Part shown: positions 52,773-62,233 of the stretch, piece after piece | Layout: every line of letters starts with the position of its first letter | Position numbering within the stretch: position 1 is the stretch's first letter | Assembly: GCA_000934665.2 (NCBI GenBank) | Contig: JYFJ02001620.1 | Location: forward strand, 1-64,000 | Source of the DNA: Catajapyx aquilonaris | Taxonomy: Eukaryota | Direction of reading: 5' to 3' | Length of the DNA: 64,000 nt | Translations under genes and position numbers: made by a program | The notes under the pieces: model-generated | What the model was told of the DNA's origin: nothing | Databases searched by the model: none | The model's input: only the letters and a program-made list of their open reading frames with translations

Positions 52773-55700
52773 TCAATTTTCCTTGCAGTAATCTTGAGGT
52801 TTCTGGGCCACTGTGGTGAAAAGTTGAGCGCACTGGATCAGAGTGAGAGAATTGGGTCCAGCCTGACAGTCTCGGACTCTCTTGAGCATTGTCAAATAGT
52901 CAGTCTCAACTGGTTCGATTGGGACAATGTGAGCCACAGTGTCCTGTGAATAAAAAAGAACAATGGCTTTAAAAAACCAACAATGGCAATCTTAGGTAAA
53001 AAGCTTTCTTTTTAAAGTCACAAGATGCTGGGGAAAAAGGACAAGCAAAGCACAAGACTCACCGACAAAAAGTTACCCTCAGCTTCATATGGAGTGAACA
53101 AGTGGAAGTTCTGCTCCCCATCTTCACCCCCAAAGACATCGTTGATGTTCAGCAGAGCTTCACGAATGTCTTCCACCGCCACAGAGCTCTTCTTAATACT
53201 CGTCACAATCTGTTCCAACAAAAATAATCCTTTGAATTCACATATAAATACTAGCTTATTTCTGAATACAGTTTGTAAGCTTGACAGTCATAACCTCATT
53301 CATAACAACTTGGTAATTGGTATGAAAGTAGACTCACCTTACTCCCTGGAACCTTTCCCCAGTTGCATTGCTTGTACTCCTCAACTGGTCTGAGCCCACC
53401 TTCCTTGCACAGGAGACGGAAGTCAGAAGACTTGAGCTGGGAAGCCCAAGGGGCCTCACTGTGACCATCTGCATATAAAAATGTCAGATTTAGGCACACA
53501 GATTAAACATTAAAGGAACTGCAAAAGCAGTTGTCAAATAACTAAAGCAAATTTTCACCTGTATTGGATTCAACTACAAGGTGTTTGGTAAAGGCAACAT
53601 CGCCATGGCCTGAAGCCAAGCATCGGAAAGCACCATCATAGCCATAGAAGGCTTCGTGGTCAGTGGTTGAGCACTTTGAAGCTCCATTCCTTGTGTACTG
53701 GGGGCCACGCGATGTTTCCACCACTGTAATGAAAATCTTTATAATATATTTCTCAAACATAACATCCTCATAAAAAATAGATATCACAAATATTACGTAA
53801 CATTAAAACTGTAATTCTTCTAAATGCACGAACTTAGGAAAAATTGAACAACAGCAACATTTAGAGAAAAAAACCAAACTTTCAATCAATTGCATGTACT
53901 GTACGAAAACAATCGTTGAAAAGTTTTTTTTGTTTTCTTTGTCTCAGCTTACCATCCACATCCTCGCCTACACAAATGGAGCAGAGGCCTTCAGGATTGG
54001 TTCCCTGAGGATCATTCTTGGAGTCTTTGGCTCCTGGTGCACAACTTCCACCAGCAAAGAAGTGAGACATGGCAGTAGCATAATCACAGTCAAATGGATA
54101 AATTAACTGCTTTTTGGCCAGAACATGAGCAGGGAAGAGGAATCCTGCATGGCACTTGAATCCAGAATGGCATGACCTCTTTCCCCTCAGGTCTTCCACA
54201 TTGTGAATCCCTGAGTCTGCCTTGACCACTGCCACACTGTAGTACCGGTAGGGGCTGGTTCCTTCCACAGTCAAGCTCACCACAGGTATGAAGTCCTCAT
54301 CAGAATAGACTTCCTTAGAGTATCGCACCATAATGTCAGCTTCACCTCTGTTGATCATTGCAGCACACTGGTCACGACTTTCAGCCTTGACACATGCAAT
54401 GCCAGGCCTAATCCTTCTTGAGTGAGCTGCGGTTGCAAATTCCAAGCATTTTGCTTCCTGCAACATGGTGTGTGTTGGCAACGTTAGTGAACAGTTCTTG
54501 CTCCGGACACATTTGTAAAGGATTGGTAATAATTTTCATGTAAGGTTTGCTGCACTATATTGAAACAGAGCATTCCTTATATTATGGAAAATTAATTAAA
54601 ATGGCTACTGGTACTCATTAATTATTATTAAAACACCAACAAGTCACAGAAATGCTTAATGGAAAGACTGGCAATAAAGTTTCAGCGAAGAAGGAATGAA
54701 AGAGGTACCTCTCCATCATTAATATTTTATGCTGATAGATAGTTTCTCACCTGCTCATTTCCAACCACACACCACCTAATGAGCTTGTCTTGGCTGCAAC
54801 TTGGGCGATCAATTGTTACATTGTAGTTGGAATGATCAATGTATGAAGACACAGACACAGGGAAGGGCATGTTGTACTGGAAGTCACGCTTTCCCATTCC
54901 CAGCACTTTGGAAAGCCAATCGTTGTTGAGAGAAAGGTACTTGAGCTGCCTGAGTTGCCGTTTGATTTCAATGCCATGAATGGGATCTGCCTCGTTTCTC
55001 ATGACAAATGCACTCCAAGGTCGCCCTGCCCAGGTGCAAGGTTCATTTGAAGTTACTGGCATCAGTTGACCATTGGGGCAGAGAAGACTGAAGTCTTGCG
55101 CATTCTCATACTTCAGCACACTCTGAAGATTAATGGGCACAAATTAGTGATAGGAACATAAATAATATACATCAGAGATCCTAAATCAGTGCAGTTCAAA
55201 CTAGATCACTGTCCTTCAGGCCACTTTTATTATCAAATAGTGTATATGACAAAATAAACTACTACATGCCATGTACTGTATCACAACACAAGCCTACGTC
55301 AGATAGATTCAAGTTTTGTGTGGATTGCAGAATATTTATTGAGGTAGAACAAGCTCACCTGAACAGCACTCATCTTTGTCCAAGCAACATCTCCATCACC
55401 TTGAGTCAAGCACCGGATTGTCCCCTCGTACCCAGCGTATACGTCATCACCATCACAAGTCTCAGGATGTGAGCACAGATCACACAATGAATGGTATTCC
55501 CTCTCTAAGAAGAAGAAATAATCAGTGAAGATCATACAAAAATTAATGGTGTTGTCCATATTTTTAAAACTTACTGAGTTTCTTGCTGACATCCTCATCA
55601 TTTCCCCATATGAAGGGAACGCAGGATGGCCCAAAGAATTGAGCCACAGAAGAAATTTCATTCTCCAGTGTAGACTTGCTTGCATCACAGTTTAATGGAA

Positions 55701-56545
55701 TGATTCCATCATGCATCAGCTGTAGAAAAAAATATTATAAGAGTATTTCCTGATTTTCCAACAAGTAAGAGTAAAAAATTCCATACCTGTGAAATAGGAA
55801 CTCTCCAACCAGCCGTTCGGTCATATCCCGTATGGCATGACTTCTTGCCTCGAAGATCATTCAAATTATGGACCTCACCACTATTTTTAATCAATGCAAC
55901 AGCACCGTACCGATAATCATCTGGATAATTTAAATACAATTACTTAATAAGCCAGGAGATCCTGCAGTTTTATAAACTTACCATTTGCTCCAGCCATACT
56001 TCTGATCTGCTGAATGACAACCAAATCTTCTCCATATAATTTGCCAGCTACATAAATATCTTCAGGGTCAAGTAGAGCAAAGTCTGCCTTTTCCTTCGCA
56101 ATTTTGTGAATGCAGTCAAGTCTGAAATTGTTGAACGTATAGGCACCAAAATACTCTCACACATGTTGCTATGCTGATGGTTACATGCTGCGACTCTAGC
56201 GAGCCTTATGCCATACGTGTAAGAAACTCACTTGTCTCGGCCTGATACGCAGTTGAGGTTCACCTTTCCAAGACCATTGACGGCCTCAAGCATTTCCAGA
56301 CAGGAACTCATTACATTCTCCGGAACACAAATCCTCAGTCTTGTAAAGAGCATGTTCTCAGTTTGTTCTTGCTCCTGCTGCTGTTCTTGACCTCCTTTAT
56401 ATTGCCCTAAAAAATGAAACACATTAGGATTAATCACACCGGTATAAGATTATAACACTGATTAAGCAGTAGAATATTACAAACCATGGCCTAAGTGAAC
56501 AACTGCGCAACAGGCAGCCGCAAAAATGATAGTCTTAAGCCCCAT
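52773..56545 (-). CDS. Tf-E: secreted transferrin paralog; N-lobe ligands intact, C-lobe degenerate; Gln-rich N-terminus; Cys-containing C-terminal extension; 12 exons
   Basis: Signal MGLKTIIFAAACCAVVHLGHG; LRICVPEN...CVSGRDKLDC; LLDPED; YRYGAV; SCHTGYDRTAGW; YAGYEGTIRCL. C-lobe: ADIMVRYS, SCHSGFKCHAGF, KVPGSK. Ends RVRDCQAGPNSLTLIQCAQLFTTVAQKPQDYCKEN*. Confidence 0.93.
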
Positions 56546-56574
56546 GTTCCTAATGTGAATGGCAGGACCTCAGT

Positions 56575-56765
56575 GCAGGCTGGTATAATTTATGCGCTTT
56601 ATATACCCGCATCGTGATGAATGTCATATCTGACGTATGTCACTGGGAAATTCCACGCAAAAAAACATCCAATGGCTAGCTGCCAATCAGTGATTGATGG
56701 ATTCTCAGAAGAGGTCAATAGCAAGGGCCAAAGAGGGCATCAATATTATGAACTGGAAATTCCAG
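56575..56765 (-). promoter_or_regulatory. Tf-E core promoter: TATA box with kappaB and STAT motifs
   Basis: TATATAAA on the minus strand at ~56598-56605, about 55-60 nt upstream of the ATG; GGGAAATTCC at 56645-56654; TTCTCAGAA at 56702-56710; TGGAAATTCCA at 56754-56764. Confidence 0.6.
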
Positions 56766-57455
56766 AACCATAAAAACTTCGGCAAGTACCATGCTACCAC
56801 ATTCTCATCAAACATACCGACACTGTCATTTCACCTTGTTCAGGGAAAATGATAAGTTGATACAACTTTTGGTAACATGCTTTTCCTGCCTCCAGAAGGG
56901 CTTTGGTGTAAGAAGATTAAAAGATTTTCTGAGCTTAGATAGTATTATGAACACTTGGGGTCATCAATTAGGTCACTGATATCAAAATGCCTCTGACATT
57001 TCATTATAAATTCTTAGAATCAAGTTGCAGTGGAATCCAATTCCTTGCATAACGAGGTCATATTAATGGAGATTAAATACAGAAAAATGTACATTCTATG
57101 AAGCTGAAAAAAATGCTGAATTTCCACATTGTCAAAGATGCATGTACGAGAATAGAAATTTGTATAGAAATTATTCAATTTTTCAACTGACCAAACTATT
57201 AGAGATGTCTCAAACGCCTATTACCAAATGACCCACCTACATCAAGTTAGTGATCCACTGGAGATCACAGCCCTAAAAGTTTGTTGGTATATTTCTGAAA
57301 CACCCTGTACCAGAGAACGTTCTGTATAGGACAGTAAAACAAATATTGTTATTGGTACAGCACAATCAGGTGATACTTTAATTCCTACATCATATTCAAG
57401 TACAAAATGATATTGGCATGTTTCACCAACTTATCCACAGCAGGTCGTTGCTGCA

Positions 57456-60400
57456 TCACTGCTTGGTGCACTGCGCCACCTTCTCCACTAAGTCCCTGTA
57501 ATCAGGCTGGTCTGGACTCAGGTGGGTGACACCAACCTAAAAAAAAAGAAGTCTTGTTAGAACTTCCTGCACATGCCAAAACGACAAAAAAACAAAACAA
57601 AAACGCACCGAAAATATCCCTCCTTTTTCTCCCATCTTGAAACTGTTGGTGTAGTAGTTGGCAAAGAATGACATATCCAACACAGCAGACTGGATGGACT
57701 CTTTTTCTCCCTTGATCTTCTTCCCACTGGTTACCACCTTATTCTCCAGCATCACTCCAAAATTGCAGGCCCTGTAGTCAGTCAGCTGCATATGTCCTCC
57801 TTCTGGGCAAACCAGCTTAAACTCCTCAGCTGCTTCTGCAAATGCAAGTAAAGTATCGCAATGAATAATTTTTCTCTGGTACATTTTTTAAGAGTTCATG
57901 ATCACTTTTGCAAATACTCACCAGGATGGGCCAGGATGTAGGAGTGCTTCACAAAAGCTATGTCACCCTTCCCATCTGCCAAGCACTGGACTGCACCCTC
58001 ATCATTGTAATACCTCTCAAAATAATTGGGCTTGCAGACATTGTCGCCGGACTCACTTCCAACACAAAGTGAGCACAGCTTGCTGTTCTTGGCTCCTGGA
58101 ATGCAACTGGCTGCAAAGAACTCTGCCACTTGGTCCTCCAGATCACAGACCTCATTCTTGATTAGTCCATCACTAATCAGTTCATAAACAGGTGCAAACC
58201 AACCTAAAAATAACGCAGCAAATCAATCTCAGTCCCTCATTTAGGCCATTATATGCACTCTCTTTACACAGAAACTTCTGATTATATACAATAAATATCT
58301 CCACTTATTTGTAGATTTTATTCTTAATATGCCATTTGCACAACAGGCATTATGGCATCAATAAATTTGCCTACATGAATACCACCATTACTCATTCGAC
58401 AATTGTGCTCTCAACAAAATCAGATATCCACAATAACAGATTGTCCTTTCATAATAAAACAGGTAGGAGAGGTATTTAATAAATGTAACTTTTCATGAAG
58501 AACTCAGGTCAACTTACCAGCGTAAGTGTCAATAGAACTGTGGCACGATTTCTTTCCTTTCATGCTTATGACATCAACAATATCTGATTCGCTTGCCTTT
58601 ACCATTGCAACTGCAAATATGTGCTTTCCCATTCCATACTCCTCAGATGCAACAGGCACAATGTTCATTTTCCTACCAATAAGAAAAGAAATTACGAATG
58701 TTTCCAATACCGAGATGAGTCAATCCCTTACTTTCCATGGGAATGAATTAATGCTGAATCAACCACGGTGGCATCAGCTTCATTCTTGTTCATCTTCTCC
58801 ATGCAATCCAGCTTTGAATCAGACTTCACACATGAGATCTGTGGCACTATTCTGTTGCTAGTGGCTGCCATTTTCATGCGATCACATTTCTCTGCCTCGA
58901 TATCATCAGTGACACACCACCTGAGGTTCTTCTCAGGATTACTTTTGCAGTAAGGTCGGTCCATCACTTGAGTAAAATTGCCTGTAATAATGAGAAATTA
59001 GAACTGGCAAAATAGCATAAATCACAATGCCTTATTGCTATGAGCAAATGATCCATCATTACTATGTTATGAACGATTATGAAATTAAGTATTCATAAGG
59101 CACATTAGAGCATAAGAAACTTTACATTTGTCATTGTAGTCATTAACTGGCACTGGGTTGGCCAAGTGGTGCAAGTAATCGCCATCATCTCCATGAAGAA
59201 CAGTCTTGTACCAACGGTAAGTCTCCTCATCTGAATTTCCCTTTGTGTGCAGTTTTTCAAGTTCAGCCTTGATCTTCTCCACCTTATCTCTAAAACATAC
59301 AGCATATTGAAATACATCCTTAAATGCAGAACTATGGAAGTACAGGCAGAAAAGGCCAAGGGATACACTTCATTGGAGGGAAAGCAATACTGCAATAAAA
59401 CTTTATAACAAATTTACCAATGAGGATCTCTTTAAAAGTAAGTGCCCCTTGCCCATGCACTTACTTTTGCATTGTGCTGCTAACAACAAAAGCTTTGTGT
59501 GGACGGCAGGCCCATGGACAAATGTCAGCATCCTTCAGATCTTGCTTACTTCCATCCGGGCACAAAAATTCATACTTGTCATGTTCAGGCTTGGGGTTGG
59601 GCTTGTCCAGCTGCAATATATCATGTCACATGACAGATCGGCATACATATTTAAAAATTACCCTTCACACATACCTCGAAGTACTCAATGACAGTCTTAT
59701 CCTTGGTGAAAGTAACATCACCATTTCCTTCAGTAAGACACTTGAGTGAGCCTTCATACCCAGCATACTCGTCTTTCCTGCTGCATGCCTTAGGGTCATG
59801 ACATAGTGAACACAAGTTATTGTACTTGTTCTCTGTAATGAGAAATAGGAAACTGATAATATGATAAATGATGTCTGAATTATTATACATGTGCTTCCAC
59901 GAATTGATATAAAATCAGAGTGAAACAAAGTCAAGAAGATGTTGCCATTGAGTCTCAAAATTGGGATTCTGGAGAAAACTACACATTGACTTACTCAGCC
60001 TAGCATCAACTTGAGGATTTTCATTCCACATGCCAGGAACACAGGACGATTGGAAGAAATTAGAAACACTTGAAATTTCTTGTTCAGGGTATGACATTTT
60101 ATCGTTGCAGTTCTGAGGCATTATATCATCATGCATAAGCTGAAATAAATTTATCACGTGCTTATTAACCCAGTTAGCAGAACCTGAGCAAAGGCTGCGG
60201 AAAAAACCTTACCTTTGAGATAGGAATACGCCAACCAGCGGTTCTGTCGTAGCCAGTGTGGCAAGTCTTTTTGCTCTTGAGATCATTTAGGCTGCCTATT
60301 TGTGCTTCCTTCCTCACAACAACCACTGCCTTGTAGCGAGCTGCATCTGAAAAAATTAATCGGTGCATAAGAAAATGCTTCCAGAATGGGTTTCTAGTAG

Positions 60401-60828
60401 TAAGAGAATTTATGTTACCATTCTCTCTGTGTCGCATTTCTGTCATTACATTGCATTTGTTTGGATAGTAATGGTTCACGGCATACATCTGTGATGGTGT
60501 GAGCAAACCTACATCCATACTTCCTTCAGCCAGCTTCTTCATGCATTCCGTGCTGCAGATAATTGCAACAGTTAATTTTTTAAAAACATCTTCCAGTTAA
60601 TCTTTTACTCACTCGTCTTTGACAACTTCACATTCAAATGATGTCTCCACATCTTTCTTCATCTGCAGGCAGTCTTCAATAAATGATTTGTCAACGCCAT
60701 ATCTGAATGTTTCTGTAACATAATAATTAGAATTAAACTCATGATTAAACCAAGAATGATATATATATCATACCTTGTTGGGCATGCGCTAGAAGTCCCA
60801 AGCAGACCACGATAACCAACCTCCACAT
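57456..60828 (-). CDS. Tf-F: secreted transferrin paralog; N-lobe partly conserved, C-lobe degenerate; ~13 exons
   Basis: Signal MWRLVIVVCLGLLAHA; LLTPSQMY; RYKAVVV; TCHTGYDRTAGW; YAGYEGSLKCL; WACRPHKAF. C-lobe: VVDSAL, HIFAVAM, SCHSSIDTYAGW, YYNDEGAVQCL. Ends VEKVAQCTKQ* with no hydrophobic tail. Confidence 0.92.
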
Positions 60829-60849
60829 CTTTGCCTGTCCTGTATCAGA

Positions 60850-60888
60850 CTGCAGCATTTCCACCTCTCGATTTGGGGTTTATATAGG
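60850..60888 (-). promoter_or_regulatory. Tf-F TATA box and initiator-like element
   Basis: Minus-strand TATATAAA at ~60879-60886, followed about 30 nt later by GCAGT (Inr-like). This favours the ATG at 60828 over the one at 60858. Confidence 0.5.
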
Positions 60889-62233
60889 ATTTGTCCCTGT
60901 GACCGGTTCCACCTTGCCACAGGGAAGTGGGGGAAAAAAATTCTTCCTCCTCCTCCCCTGCTGTACCTTTCCTCCCAAACGTAAATCACTCACTATATTG
61001 CCTCCTCTGACTAGCAAGTAGCCTACATGATTATGCTCTCAAATGGTAGTGCTGTAACATGCTGATTTATAATCATTCCACTTACATCATGATACCACAT
61101 GTAGTATCTTCCGTCATTAAAAAGTGCAATGTGAAGTATGCATGGCTACAGATCTCAAACCACTCCAGTTATGAAGGTAATGATGTCCAATTATGATAAC
61201 TAGGCCCTTTTAAGCAGCAAACTTGATCAAATGTGACAAGCCCTGTAACAAAACCTGCAGAAATCAGCATCATTAAATTGGAATATTTAGCTGCCAGCTT
61301 CAAAAACGTTCAATGACACATTTCCAAACTGCACTACGCAGTTAATGGCGTTATTTATAATAAGGAGACAAGCTATTGCTGAACTATAACCAAATGGCCT
61401 TGCAATAATCATGCACATTTTGGAAGGTATATTCATTCCTGATATTAACATAAGGTCAGCTTGAAAGTCATTTCCCCCACAGATCTTCTCCTACCAATGA
61501 GATGCTGCCTTCCCCGGTGGTACTCCTGCCCACCCCTCCAGCAGTAACCTTGGTCGTGATCTTCCTCAAGCCACACACACCTAACCTTGGTTGCACGACT
61601 TGATCATTAACCTGCCCATCTTCCAGATGCTGACAAAAATCTCCCCAACAGTAAAGCGAATAACTAGGCAGTATTTAAAAAAAAAAAATCAGGCCACCAT
61701 AAGGAACATCTCAAAAAAGAATGAGAGAAATTTCCTGGTTGAATTTCTGGGAAGTCGACCCTCCTGTGAGTTCTGGATAAAGCAGGAAAAATATTGTAGC
61801 AATATATGCCTCGGGCTTGAGTGAAACAAGTTTTAGTGACGTCTGCCCATATGGGCCAAACAATGAAACAAGGACATATCCATATGCAAACTCTATTTAA
61901 TATATTCTTCCACATATATCATCAATGCATCTGTACAAGTGCAATAAACCTTACCTTAACAACTGGCCTGGCAAGCACTTAGCAACAAAACCAATATTTA
62001 AATAAAGGGAGCCCCACCCTAAGTAAGGAAGGGTCACCTTTCCAGATTTACATAACCCTGCTCTTGAGTTATTAGCACAAGGAAGGGGGGACAAAAAGAA
62101 GTACTAGACATTGACCATGAAGGTTTAAACACCTTTTTATATATATAACAGTAGCCTCCAAGGTCACTCAATTTTTGCTGCGAATGGATATTGCTATGAC
62201 ACCAGTTTCAATGACACTTCTCAAAATTAAGCT

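Noticed and set aside
56562..56584. IRE-like CAGTGC loop (CCT-CAGTGC-AGG) next to the Tf-E start
   Set aside because: It is on the + strand (antisense to Tf-E), the stem is only 3 bp and there is no bulged C. I found no convincing IRE in any paralog 5' region by eye.
57200..57310. Tc1/mariner-like end (TTTCTGAAACACCCTGTA)
   Set aside because: The matching left TIR is too degenerate to call an element. Similar single-ended remnants near 1850-1880 and 24050-24190 were also not called.
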